Source of the DNA: Candidatus Eiseniibacteriota bacterium
GTDB taxonomy: Bacteria > Eisenbacteria > RBG-16-71-46
Direction of reading: 5' to 3'
Length of the DNA stretch: 64,000 nucleotides
Assembly (NCBI GenBank): GCA_963707915.1
Contig: OY970178.1
Span: 1,248,001 to 1,312,000 of the forward strand
The notes under the pieces are model-generated. The model had not been told where the DNA came from. It saw only the letters and a program-made list of their open reading frames with translations, and ran no database searches. Both the position numbers and the translations under genes were made by a program. Shown here one piece after another: positions 42,221 to 51,887 of this stretch. Numbering within the stretch: the first letter of the stretch is position 1; every line of letters begins with the position of its first letter.

Positions 42221-42314
42221 GAGGGCGGAATCGGGGCAACTCGCAGCGAAGGCGTGTACATCGGTGTCCTGCGGGCGCCTGCGACGACGGGCGTCGTCGG
42301 GCGTGGTTACGCCC

Positions 42315-42350
42315 AAGAGGCAGGTGCTCTACCGACTGAGCTAACGGGTC
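42315..42350 (-). pseudogene. tRNA-Lys 5' half ending at a CTT anticodon (att-like fragment)
   Basis: GACCCGTTAGCTCAGTCGGTAGAGCACCTGCCTCTT then unrelated sequence; matches 18087-18122 except position 34. Confidence 0.9.
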
Positions 42351-42511
42351 ACGGGGGCTGCTGGCGAGCAGGGTAGTGCAGGGGGGCGCACGGCGGTAGG
42401 GCCGCGTGGAGAGGACACCGGAGAGCGGGCCTGCGAGTGCACCTCTCGGTGATGGGGGCCAGCCCAGCAGCGGCGGCTTGGCACCAGCCCGTGATTGCGC
42501 GCAATCTGCGG

Positions 42512-42619
42512 CTGCTTCACCACGATCAGTTTCCGGGTCGCGCTGAGCCCGCCGGCCTCGAGCCGGTACAGGTGCACCCCCGGTCGCCAGCCGGACGCTT
42601 CCACCGCCACCTCGTGCTA
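42512..42619 (-). pseudogene. Orphan T9SS-type-A/FlgD-Ig C-terminal tail remnant
   Basis: HEVAVEASGWRPGVHLYRLEAGGLSATRKLIVVK with an upstream in-frame TAG. Confidence 0.6.
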
Positions 42620-42659
42620 CCCGTCCAGAGGCGAACCGCGGGCGCTCTCGATTCACGAA

Positions 42660-43664
42660 TCAAGGTGGGAACGCCGAGGCCGGCGGAAAGTCGCCGCCCG
42701 GCTCCGGAGACGGCTCCCAGTACCCGTCGACCTCCCTCCGGCTCGGCTGCCAGGTCCCGTTTGCGAACGTGTACCGGTCGTAGTCCGTCACGGGGTTTCC
42801 GGGTCCGTTCAAGTCGACGTGCCAGGACACCGCCAGGATCACGTCCGGAACACGCGAGGCGATCCTCCAGTCCGCGCTGCCGGCCCTCCGTAACTCCAGT
42901 ATCTCCGCCGCCCGCGCGCCGCCGGCGCGCACCGTCTCCCAGTGGAGGACGCCCGCGGATACGCGCGCAAACCGCGTCACCGGTCCGTTGTGGATCCCCG
43001 CCACCCAGGAGAAGTCCTCGGTCACGAGGAACCGGCGGTTCGCCGAGCCCGTGCTGTCCCAGGGCTCGAGCTGGGCCAGGACCTGCCGGAGTGGGCGCGT
43101 CCACAGGACCCGGCCGTCCACCGACGTGCATCGCAACTCCGCCCGCACGGGGGGCCTGCGCGCGAACGAGCGGGCCGCGCGCGACGTCTCGGGGAGAACG
43201 GCATCCCACGGACCGTGGCCCCACATGCGATCGGCGACGTCTCCGGTGAGCCGCCGGTCGAGGCGCAGCTCGAGGACGCCATCGACACCGTTCACGGCGC
43301 TCGTCAGCCGATCGCGCTGGACCGTCACCCGTCCGTCATCGGCCGCGATCGCGAGGACCGGGACGAGCCAGGCCCACGTGGCGAGCCGCAGGACGATCCC
43401 GGGGCCCGTCCTCCGGCCGCGCCCGGCCCCGGCGATCACCAGAGCAGGTCCCACTGCCTCGGGTCCTCCAACAGGCGCAGCGGCCAGAACTCCTTCTGGG
43501 CGCCTGCATGCACCACCAGGACTCCTCCTATGCATCTGCCTTCCAGGCGGTCCCCGCTGCCCAGTCCGTGGCAGTGACGCGACCGCTTGAACAACGACTC
43601 GCCGGAGCGCCGCTCCGAGCGCCTCCCACCGTGCTGCCGGATGGTCACGAGAACCATCGGCCAC
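42660..43664 (-). CDS. Hypothetical, probably secreted protein (true start likely near 43400)
   Basis: Hydrophobic LATWAWLVPVLAIAADD segment then globular-looking sequence. Confidence 0.4.
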   Translation of the reverse strand: MADGSRDHPAARWEALGAALRRVVVQAVASLPRTGQRGPPGRQMHRRSPGGACRRPEGVLAAAPVGGPEAVGPALVIAGAGRGRRTGPGIVLRLATWAWLVPVLAIAADDGRVTVQRDRLTSAVNGVDGVLELRLDRRLTGDVADRMWGHGPWDAVLPETSRAARSFARRPPVRAELRCTSVDGRVLWTRPLRQVLAQLEPWDSTGSANRRFLVTEDFSWVAGIHNGPVTRFARVSAGVLHWETVRAGGARAAEILELRRAGSADWRIASRVPDVILAVSWHVDLNGPGNPVTDYDRYTFANGTWQPSRREVDGYWEPSPEPGGDFPPASAFPP

Positions 43665-43678
43665 CTGCGGCCGTCCGA

Positions 43679-44068
43679 CTACGTCGGTCCGACGGCGAGG
43701 CCGTAGATCAGGACGGCGAGCACGATCAGGGTCACGACCACGTAGGTGCGATCCCGCTGAATGGCGAAGCCCACGAGCGAGAAGACGACCCTTGCCACGG
43801 GAGTCGCGATCAGCAGGAGTAGGCCGAACTGGATGAGGCCCCGGCCCTGGAGGGCGAGAGCATCGCTCGCGATGCCTCGCACGTGGCGCAAGTCGGCGGG
43901 CTCACCGCTGAACACCCGGTAGTGGGGAACGCCGGATCCGTGCCGAAGCAGGTACAGGATGCCCCCCGCAAGGACCACCGCTCCCGAGACCATGACCCCG
44001 GCCCTGAGCAGGTTGCCGAGGATCTGCTCCAATCTCTCGTCGTTCAATGAAGGTGCGCGTCGGGGCAT
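43679..44068 (-). CDS. DUF1634 membrane protein
   Basis: LLRAGV, GLLLLIATPVARV; adjacent to TauE. Confidence 0.85.
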   Translation of the reverse strand: MPRRAPSLNDERLEQILGNLLRAGVMVSGAVVLAGGILYLLRHGSGVPHYRVFSGEPADLRHVRGIASDALALQGRGLIQFGLLLLIATPVARVVFSLVGFAIQRDRTYVVVTLIVLAVLIYGLAVGPT

Positions 44069-44069
44069 C

Positions 44070-44906
44070 TCAGAGTCTCCGGGTCAGCCCGCCATAGATC
44101 ATCTCGATCCCCAACGCGACGATGACGAGACTGAAGATGAGGCGCAGGGCCCGGACTCGGGCGCCCACGAGCATGCGCGCACCCAGAACCGATCCCAGAA
44201 GCACGCCGAGCATCACGGGCATGGCAAGACCGGGGTCGATGAACCCGCGGTTGAGGTACACCCCTGCGCTCGCCGCCGCGGTGACGCCGATCATGAAATT
44301 GCTGGTGGTCGTGGACACCTTGAAGGGAAGGCGCATGGCTTGGTCCATGGCGAGCACCTTGATGGCCCCGGAACCAATGCCCAGCAGTCCGGAGAGGGTC
44401 CCGGCGACGAACATGAGCCCGAATCCAGCCGGCACGTTGTGCGCGTGGTAGCTCTGCCTGCCATCGGGCGTGGGGAAACTGGAGTCCATTCGCAGCCGGA
44501 CCGCCAGCGCGTCCGGGCGGTCGTCAGCCGGCCCCTCCCGCCGGGGTCGGCTCGAGAGGAAGGCGGAGTAGAGCAGGACGACCCCGAAGACCACGCCGAT
44601 GGCTCCGGTGGCGACCCGCACGGCGATGAACGCTCCCACCAGGGCCCCGACCGTCGTGGCGACCTCGAGGAACATCCCGATCCGGATGTTGGAGTAGCCC
44701 TCCCTCACGTAGGCCGCCGCGGCCCCGGAGGAGGTGGCGATCACCGAGACGAGCGAGGCACCGATGGCGTAGCGGATATCCACTCCGAAGACCAGGACGA
44801 GCAGGGGCACGATGACGACCCCACCCCCCAGGCCCGTCAGGGCTCCCAGCCACCCGGCGGCGATCGATCCCAGCCAGATCAGCAAAGTGAAGACGGCGGT
44901 ATTCAT
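44070..44906 (-). CDS. Sulfite exporter TauE/SafE family
   Basis: GLGGGVVIVP, SVIATSSG, GLLGIGSG, TTSNFMIG. Confidence 0.9.
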   Translation of the reverse strand: MNTAVFTLLIWLGSIAAGWLGALTGLGGGVVIVPLLVLVFGVDIRYAIGASLVSVIATSSGAAAAYVREGYSNIRIGMFLEVATTVGALVGAFIAVRVATGAIGVVFGVVLLYSAFLSSRPRREGPADDRPDALAVRLRMDSSFPTPDGRQSYHAHNVPAGFGLMFVAGTLSGLLGIGSGAIKVLAMDQAMRLPFKVSTTTSNFMIGVTAAASAGVYLNRGFIDPGLAMPVMLGVLLGSVLGARMLVGARVRALRLIFSLVIVALGIEMIYGGLTRRL

Positions 44907-45210
44907 GGGCGCGCAGAACCTATTCCTGGGCCTCTCGGAGGGCAAGCACGGGACTGGTAGCTCTGACGGCGGCGGGCGACACTTGGGTGCCGCCCGTGCC
45001 CCCCGGCACCGTCCGTTTGGCGGCCATTGACCCGTTTGAGTGCTCCCGTGCACGGGCGGCCCTCGGGCGCGCTGGAGTCCCGGACCGCGCGCCAGGCGGG
45101 AGACGACGACTTCCTCGGTGCGACGCACCGCGCCGCTGGTTGCCGTGATTTGAAGGCCGTTCTCGCTGGCCCGAATCCTTTCGGTCCCTCCGGCCTCCTA
45201 CCTAGTCCAC

Positions 45211-46563
45211 ATGATCAAGTCAAGAGTCCCAGGCACCGCGTGTACCTCCCCGCGTTCCCGCATCATGGCATGGTCGAAGATGCTGGTCCTCCTGCCCCTC
45301 CTCTTCAGCTCCAGGGGAGCGTGGGCGGAGGGCTGGTCGCTCGAACGGGTCCTCAACGTGGTCCGCGAACGCGATCCCGGCGTACGTGCGGCCCAGGCGG
45401 CCGGGGATGCCCAGCGGGCGAAGGCTGCAGAGAGTTGGTCGGCGCTTTCACCTCAGGTGACGGCTTCCGCGGGACTCACGCGCGGCGACGATCCCGCCAT
45501 GCTGTTCTCGCAGAAGCTCTGGCAGGGGCGGTTCACGGAGAGCGATTTCGCCGTGGACCGTCTCAACCAACCCGCCCCCCAGACCGCGCTCCAATGCGGC
45601 ATCACCGTGGACCAGCCCCTCTGGAACGGAGGTCGCGAACTTGCCGCGCCAGGCCTCGCCCGTCACTACAATCGAGCCGCTACGGCGATGCAGCGCGCCT
45701 CGATCGCCGACAGGCTCCTGGGCGCCGTGGAAGTCTACGTGGCGGCAGCAGGGGCGCGTGAGAACGCGCATGCGGCTGGGCTGGCGCTCGCGGCCGCGAC
45801 GGCCATGCGCTCGGCAGCCGCCGAACGATATCGCATGGGACAGGTGCCCGAACTGGACACGCTGCGCGCACTGGCGCGCGAAGGCGATGCGCGCGTGCGC
45901 GAGATCGGCGCCCGGCGGGGCCTGGCACTGGCCCTCGACCACCTTTCGCGCCTGGTGATGGCACCCGTCGCCGCGGAGTCGCTGGAATCGCCCGGGGAGC
46001 CGCTGGCCGTCCCGCGGGGCGCGGAAGGAGTGCGCGGCGAGCTGTCCGCCGCGCGCGAAGGCGCCGCCGCCGCCGGAACGGAGGCCCGCATGGCGGCGCT
46101 GCGATTGATGCCCTCGCTCAACTCGCGCCTCGCGCTGACGCAGTACCGGCCCGCTCCGGGCGGCACGTTCGAGCCACGCTGGATGGTGGCCCTATCGGCC
46201 GACCTCCCGCTCTTCGATGGCGCCCGCCGCCTCAACGAATGGCGCGCGGCCCGCTCGCGGGCGACCGAGGCGAAGGCGATGGCGCAGGTCCTGGAGCGTG
46301 ACCTGGCAGTCGGGCTCGGCGCGGCCCGCGTCGAAGCCGCCGTGGCGAGCGAGCGCCGCGACGCCGCGAACGCGGCACGCGCCGCGGCCGAGGAGGCTCT
46401 GCGCCTGGCCTCATTGCGCTACCGCGCGGGGCTGCTCCCGCTCACCGACCTGCTGGCGACCGATGCCGAGGCCTCCGCCTCCCGCGCGGTTGCCGTCGAG
46501 GCCTCCACCGCCGTGACGCTCGCCTACTACCGACTGCTTCATGCCCAGGGAGACCTGCGATGA
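45211..46563 (+). CDS. TolC family outer membrane efflux protein
   Basis: QPLWNGG, LPLFDG, RYRAG; start may be 45265. Confidence 0.85.
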   Translation: MIKSRVPGTACTSPRSRIMAWSKMLVLLPLLFSSRGAWAEGWSLERVLNVVRERDPGVRAAQAAGDAQRAKAAESWSALSPQVTASAGLTRGDDPAMLFSQKLWQGRFTESDFAVDRLNQPAPQTALQCGITVDQPLWNGGRELAAPGLARHYNRAATAMQRASIADRLLGAVEVYVAAAGARENAHAAGLALAAATAMRSAAAERYRMGQVPELDTLRALAREGDARVREIGARRGLALALDHLSRLVMAPVAAESLESPGEPLAVPRGAEGVRGELSAAREGAAAAGTEARMAALRLMPSLNSRLALTQYRPAPGGTFEPRWMVALSADLPLFDGARRLNEWRAARSRATEAKAMAQVLERDLAVGLGAARVEAAVASERRDAANAARAAAEEALRLASLRYRAGLLPLTDLLATDAEASASRAVAVEASTAVTLAYYRLLHAQGDLR

Positions 46564-47663
46564 CGAAGTTCCCGGCTGCGCGCGCCACCGCGAGCATGGC
46601 CACTGTTGCGCTGGCAGCGATCGCCACCCTCGCTGCCAATGGTTGTGGCGGGAGCGCCTTGCACAGGGAAGCAGTTGGCGCCGCCCCGCCCCTGACCGTC
46701 TCGGTGATGCGAGCCGGCCATGCGCCGGGCGGGGCGCTCGTGCTACCCGCCCGTGTCACCGCGCGCGACGAAGTGACTCTCACGGCCCGCATGGCCGCGC
46801 GCCTGACCGCGCTGCCGCTGCGGGAAGGCGATCGATTCCGCAAGGGCCAGGCACTTGCGGTGTTCGGCGCGCCCGAGACCCGTGCCGCCCTCGAGGGCGC
46901 CCGGGCCGGGTTGGCAGCCGCAGGGCTCGCGCGTGATCTGGCGCGCAAGCAGGAATCCCGCATGGATACGCTCTACGCCTCGCGCGTCGCGGCGCTGCGC
47001 GAACTCGAGGGTGCGCAAGCCGATCGCCGCGCCGCCGAAGCGGCCTGGGCCCAGGCCCGTGCGCAAGTGGACCAGATGGCGAGCGGCACGACGCTCGAGG
47101 CGCCGTTCGGCGGTGTCGTGGTACGTCGCCACGTCGATCCCGGAGCGACGGTTGGCCCCGGGCAGCCCCTGCTCGACATCCGATCGAATGAAGTGGGCGA
47201 GATCACTTCGTCGGTGCCGGAGTCCGAACTGGCGCGCCTGACTGCGGTCCATGCGGAATACCAGATCGGCGAAGGTCCGTGGCGGCCAGCGGCTCTTCTC
47301 CGCGTGGACGGCATGACCGATTTCGCGACCCGCAGTCGCGTCGCCCGCTTCCGACCCGCACCGGGCACGACGCTCGAACCGGGAGCGTTCGGCCGCGTCC
47401 GCCTTGACGAACCACGCCGCGAAGGCAGCGAGGAGTCGACCGACGGCAATTCGCTTTCGGTCCCCGTCACCGCGCTCGTGATCCGTGGGGGCCTGACCGG
47501 CGTGTTCGTGGCGGAGAACGGCGTGGCCCGGCTGCGCTGGCTGCGCGTCGGTCGAGTCAATGCCGGCTCGGTCGAGGTGCTGGCCGGGCTCGATCCCGCC
47601 GACGCGGTGATTGTCGATCCAAGGCCCCTGTCGGACGGCCGCGCGGTCAAGGCAGCTTCGTGA
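46560..47663 (+). CDS. RND periplasmic adaptor (MFP)
   Basis: Lipobox ANGC, EGDRFRKGQ, APFGGVV, VEVLAGL. Confidence 0.88.
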   Translation: MTKFPAARATASMATVALAAIATLAANGCGGSALHREAVGAAPPLTVSVMRAGHAPGGALVLPARVTARDEVTLTARMAARLTALPLREGDRFRKGQALAVFGAPETRAALEGARAGLAAAGLARDLARKQESRMDTLYASRVAALRELEGAQADRRAAEAAWAQARAQVDQMASGTTLEAPFGGVVVRRHVDPGATVGPGQPLLDIRSNEVGEITSSVPESELARLTAVHAEYQIGEGPWRPAALLRVDGMTDFATRSRVARFRPAPGTTLEPGAFGRVRLDEPRREGSEESTDGNSLSVPVTALVIRGGLTGVFVAENGVARLRWLRVGRVNAGSVEVLAGLDPADAVIVDPRPLSDGRAVKAAS

Positions 47664-50600
47664 GCAAGGGGCTCAAGTCCGTTGGACTCGCGGGACGCAT
47701 CGCGGGCACGTTCCTGCACTCGCGCCTCACGCCACTCACGATCTTCGCATCGATCTTGCTCGGGCTCCTCGCGCTGGCCACGCTGCCGCGCGAGGAGGAA
47801 CCGCAGATCAAGGTGCCGATGGTCGACGTGCAGATCGCGTGGCCGGGCACTCCGGTCGGGCAGGTCGAGCGCCAGCTCACGACGCCGGTCGAGAGGCAGC
47901 TGTGGCAGATCCCGGACCTCGAGTACCTCTACTCCATCTCGCGCGAGGACGGGGCGGCACTGATTCTGCGCTTCAAGGTCGGATTCGATCCCGACCAGGC
48001 GCTCACCCGCGTCCGCACGCGTCTCGACGAGGCCGCCGGGGCACTGCCACCGGGCGCCCGCGTGCTCACGGTCTCCCCGCGCGCCATCGACGACGTGCCC
48101 GTGCTCGCGCTGACGCTCGCCAGCCGTGACTCGAACATGGACCAGAGCGATGTGCGTCGCGTGGCTGCCGAGCTCGCGGCCGAGCTGCGCAAGGCGCCCG
48201 GCGTCGCGCGCGTGCGCTTGCTCGGTGGTGAACCGCGCACCGTGCGCATCGCCCCCGACCCGGCCCGGATGAGCGCGGCGGGCGTCACCGTGGACGTGCT
48301 GGCCCGCACGCTCGAAGGCGCGGGCCTGTCGCTGCCCGCCGGCGACCTTGTCGGCACCAACCTCCGCACCGAGCTGCGCGCCGAATCGCCGCTGGCCAGC
48401 GCGGAGGAACTCGGTGCGCTGATGATGCCCTCGGCCACCGGGCGCCCGGTGAGGCTCTCCGAGGTGGCGGCGGTCACCGACGGTCCCGGCGAGCGCACGA
48501 CCTACGTGTTCCTTGGCGATCGCCAGGAGCCCATGCGCCCGGCCGTCACGGTCGAGGTCTCCAAGCGCCCCGGGGTCAACGCCACCGACCTCGTCCGCTT
48601 CCTGCACGGGCGGGTGGCCGAGCTCCGCCCCACGCTGCTTGGCGGTATCGACGTCACCACGACCCGGGACTACGGCGAGACCGCGAAACACAAGTCCGAC
48701 GACCTCATGTTCCATCTGCTGCTCGCGACCTTGTCGGTCATCCTGCTCATCGCGCTGGCGCTCGGCAGGCGCGAGGCCGTGGTGGTCGCGATCGCCATCC
48801 CGGTCACGCTGGCGCTCACGCTCTTCCTCTACCGCTTCCTCGGCTACACGCTCAACCGCGTCACGCTGTTCGCGCTCATCTTCTCGATCGGCATCCTCGT
48901 GGACGACGCCATCGTCGTCGTCGAGAACATCACGCGGCACTTCGCGATGAAGGATCACCGGGACACCGACGAGCGAGTGATCGAGGCCGTGGACGAGGTG
49001 GGCAACCCGACGGTGCTCGCCACCGTCGCGGTGATCGCCGCGATCCTCCCGCTGGCGTTCGTGGGCGGGCTCATGGGCCCGTACATGAAGCCCATCCCGA
49101 TCGGCGCTTCGCTGGCCATGCTGTTCTCGCTCGCCGTGGCGTTCATGGTCTCACCATGGGCTGCCCGCCGCCTGCTGAAGACGCAGGGCGTCCACCCGCA
49201 CGAACCCAGGGAGTCGAAGCTCGACCGGGCCTACCGTGCATGGATGGCGAGGCTCATCGATCGCCCTCGCGAGCGCTGGTTGTTCTTCGGCGGGCTCGCG
49301 GTGCTGCTCGTGGTGGTGGTGGGGCTGTTCGCCGTCCGGCTGGTGACCGTGAAGATGCTGCCCTTCGACAACAAGAGCGAGTTCGAGGTGCTGGTGGACA
49401 TGCCTCCCGGCACGCCGCTCGAGCGGACGCTCGCCGTCGCGGCTCGGATGGCGCGCGAGCTGGCCCGGCGCTCCGATGTCGAGCGCTACGTGATCTACGA
49501 CGGGCTGGGCTCGCCGCTCACGTTCAATGGCCTCGTGCGCCACTACGACTTCCGTTCCGACCCGCGCTTCGCTTCGATCCAGGTGAGCCTGGCGGGCGCC
49601 GAGCATCGCAAGCGCCAGAGTCACGCCATCGCGCGCGAGGTGCGGCCCGCGCTCGAGGCCATCGCCGCGCAGGCTGGAGCGCGCGTCAAGGTGGTGGAAG
49701 TGCCTCCGGGCCCGCCCGTGCTCTCCACGCTGGTGGCGGAAGTCTACGGCCCCGACCTCAAGGGCCAGCAGGACCTCGCGCGGAAGATCTGGGACGTGTT
49801 CCGCGATACCCCCGGCGTGGTGGATGCCGACCTCATGCTCACCGAAGGTCAGCCACGCACGCGTCTGCTCGTGGATCGCGACCGGGCCGCGCTGGCCGGG
49901 GTCGCACCCGCCCAGGCGGCCGCGGCGGTGATGACGCTCTACGCCGGCCGGAACGTGGGCACATTGCGCGCGCCGGCAGAGGCGGAGGCCGTGCCGATCC
50001 AGGTGCGCCTCGCACCGGCTGATCGCGCCGACCTGAGCGCCATGCGCGCCCTCCGCCTGGGAGCCGGGGCCGGAACACCCCTTTCCGAGCTCGCCCGCGC
50101 GGCGCACGACTCCACGCCCCCTGAGATCATGCACAAGAACCTTCACCGCGTCGTCTACGTCCTTGGCGACGTCGCGGGCCGCGTGGAGTCGCCCGTCTAC
50201 GCCATCGCGGCCCTGCGCCCGAAGGTCGATTCGCTGCGCACGCCCGACGGCGGCCACGCTCACCAGCTGAGCACGAAGCTGCCGGATTCCGATGAGCGCT
50301 ACTCGGTCAAGTGGGATGGCGAGTGGCACATCACGTACGAGGTGTTCCGCGACATGGGCGCCGCATTCGCCGTCGTGCTCGTCCTCATCTACGTGCTCAC
50401 CGTCGGCTGGTTCAAGTCGTTCACGACCCCGCTCGTGATCATGCTGCCGATTCCGCTGTCGCTGGTGGGCATCCTGCCGGCGCACGCGCTCATGGGGGCC
50501 TTCTTCACCGCCACCTCGATGATCGGCTTCATCGCGGGCGCGGGGATCCAGGTGCGAAACTCGATCATCCTCGTGGACTTCATCGAGCTGCGCATTGCGC

Positions 50601-50863
50601 AGGGGCTCTCGCTCAAGGAGGCCTGCATCGATGCGGGCGTGATCCGCTTCCGCCCCATGGTGCTGACTGCCGCCGCCGTGATCGTAGGCGGGGCGGTGAT
50701 CCTGTTCGATCCGATCTTCCAGGGGCTCGCCGTGGCGCTGATCGGCGGCGCGTTCGCGGCGCCGGTCCTCTCTCGCGTCGCGGTCCCGCTGCTCTACTAC
50801 CTGCTCCGGAGAGGGGATTCGGCGTACTCGGGGACCGCAACCGCCGAGGAGGGCGCCCGATGA
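47660..50863 (+). CDS. RND efflux permease (AcrB family)
   Basis: PREEEPQI, GILVDDAIVVVENI, RNSIILVDF, RFRPMVLT. Confidence 0.95.
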   Translation: MSKGLKSVGLAGRIAGTFLHSRLTPLTIFASILLGLLALATLPREEEPQIKVPMVDVQIAWPGTPVGQVERQLTTPVERQLWQIPDLEYLYSISREDGAALILRFKVGFDPDQALTRVRTRLDEAAGALPPGARVLTVSPRAIDDVPVLALTLASRDSNMDQSDVRRVAAELAAELRKAPGVARVRLLGGEPRTVRIAPDPARMSAAGVTVDVLARTLEGAGLSLPAGDLVGTNLRTELRAESPLASAEELGALMMPSATGRPVRLSEVAAVTDGPGERTTYVFLGDRQEPMRPAVTVEVSKRPGVNATDLVRFLHGRVAELRPTLLGGIDVTTTRDYGETAKHKSDDLMFHLLLATLSVILLIALALGRREAVVVAIAIPVTLALTLFLYRFLGYTLNRVTLFALIFSIGILVDDAIVVVENITRHFAMKDHRDTDERVIEAVDEVGNPTVLATVAVIAAILPLAFVGGLMGPYMKPIPIGASLAMLFSLAVAFMVSPWAARRLLKTQGVHPHEPRESKLDRAYRAWMARLIDRPRERWLFFGGLAVLLVVVVGLFAVRLVTVKMLPFDNKSEFEVLVDMPPGTPLERTLAVAARMARELARRSDVERYVIYDGLGSPLTFNGLVRHYDFRSDPRFASIQVSLAGAEHRKRQSHAIAREVRPALEAIAAQAGARVKVVEVPPGPPVLSTLVAEVYGPDLKGQQDLARKIWDVFRDTPGVVDADLMLTEGQPRTRLLVDRDRAALAGVAPAQAAAAVMTLYAGRNVGTLRAPAEAEAVPIQVRLAPADRADLSAMRALRLGAGAGTPLSELARAAHDSTPPEIMHKNLHRVVYVLGDVAGRVESPVYAIAALRPKVDSLRTPDGGHAHQLSTKLPDSDERYSVKWDGEWHITYEVFRDMGAAFAVVLVLIYVLTVGWFKSFTTPLVIMLPIPLSLVGILPAHALMGAFFTATSMIGFIAGAGIQVRNSIILVDFIELRIAQGLSLKEACIDAGVIRFRPMVLTAAAVIVGGAVILFDPIFQGLAVALIGGAFAAPVLSRVAVPLLYYLLRRGDSAYSGTATAEEGAR

Positions 50864-51147
50864 AGATGGTGCTGATGTATGCCGACGCCGCGCGCCTTCC
50901 CACCGTGCGCCAGGACCTCGCGACGTTGGGCGTGCCCGGCTACACCGTGATTCCTGTCGTCGAGGGGGGCGGCCGCACCGGGATCCACACCGGGGACCGC
51001 GTGCACCCCGGCGCGCTGGCGCTCGTCATGGTCATCGACGAGGACGCCGCCGCGGACCGCCTGTTCGATGAGATGGTGAGACGGCGGGATGCGCACGGCG
51101 ACGAGGTGTCCCTCCTGTTCCTGATGCCCGTCGAACGACGGGCGTGA
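50860..51147 (+). CDS. PII-like small protein
   Basis: GVPGYTVIPVVEGGGRTG...LFLMPVE ferredoxin-like pattern. Confidence 0.65.
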   Translation: MKMVLMYADAARLPTVRQDLATLGVPGYTVIPVVEGGGRTGIHTGDRVHPGALALVMVIDEDAAADRLFDEMVRRRDAHGDEVSLLFLMPVERRA

Positions 51148-51171
51148 CCGATCACTCGAAGAGGTTCCCGC

Positions 51172-51360
51172 ATGAAGAGAGACACGGCACTCCGCGGCAT
51201 CGCTGGCGGGTTCGTCCTGGCTTCGGTGGCGCTGGGCTACTGGGTAAGCCCGTGGTTCTACGCGTTCACGGCCTTCGTCGGCGTGAATTTGCTGCAGAGC
51301 GCCTTCACCGGCTGGTGCCCGATGATGTGGATCCTCGGCAAGGCAGGGCTCAAGCCCTGA
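51172..51360 (+). CDS. DUF2892 / YgaP-like membrane protein
   Basis: FVGVNLLQSAFTGWCP. Confidence 0.85.
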   Translation: MKRDTALRGIAGGFVLASVALGYWVSPWFYAFTAFVGVNLLQSAFTGWCPMMWILGKAGLKP

Positions 51361-51479
51361 CCGCCCGCTCCCCTGTTGCGGTCTCCCCCGTGAATGCCCA
51401 ACCGCCAGTGTTCGCCACTCGGCGGGCCGATTCCGGCTGCCGAAGCCACTCGGCGGCGATGCGGCGGCGCCGGCTCGCT

Positions 51480-51800
51480 CCGGGTCGAGCCGATCCGGAG
51501 AAGGAAGAGGCTCCTTCGCGCCTGCCGGGGCATTCCCGCTCCGAGGATGCTCCTGGCCGCCGAGGCCATCCACCTCGCGCCCAACTCGCTCAGCGGCTGC
51601 CGCCCGTGCCCGCACGTCGACCATTCCCAGCGGCTCATCGGCGAGAAGCACGGCTTTCGGATCGCCCGCGGCCCCACCGGATCTCCCAGAAGTACTACAC
51701 TGCGCATGCGCGCATCCGCACGTGGAGTGGAGTCGGGCGGGAGGCACGGCTCCAGCCGATCCTGACGGACGAGCACCGGCGGCTCGAGTACCACCGGATG
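51480..51800 (+). pseudogene. Degenerate CGGC-domain protein
   Basis: AEAIHLA...GCRPCPHVD...GEKHG, then frameshift to HRISQKYYTAH...W...PILTDEHRRLEY. Confidence 0.55.
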
Positions 51801-51887
51801 ACGGCCTTCGTCCGAGGCGGCGTTGGCGGCATGGCGGTCATGAGATCCAAGCTCCCGAGGATCGACACCCAAGACCAGGAGGCGAAC

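Larger units (their letters stand above)
18123..42314. mobile_element. Putative tRNA-Lys-associated genomic island (no integrase seen)
   Basis: Bounded by tRNA-Lys and a direct repeat of its 5' half; accessory cargo, pseudogenes, IS, visibly less extreme GC. Confidence 0.55.

Noticed and set aside
42165..42315. Intron-split tRNA-Lys(CTT) resuming at AAGCAGG
   Set aside because: The sequence after AAGCAGG has no T-arm or acceptor stem, and no group I or II intron core is recognisable
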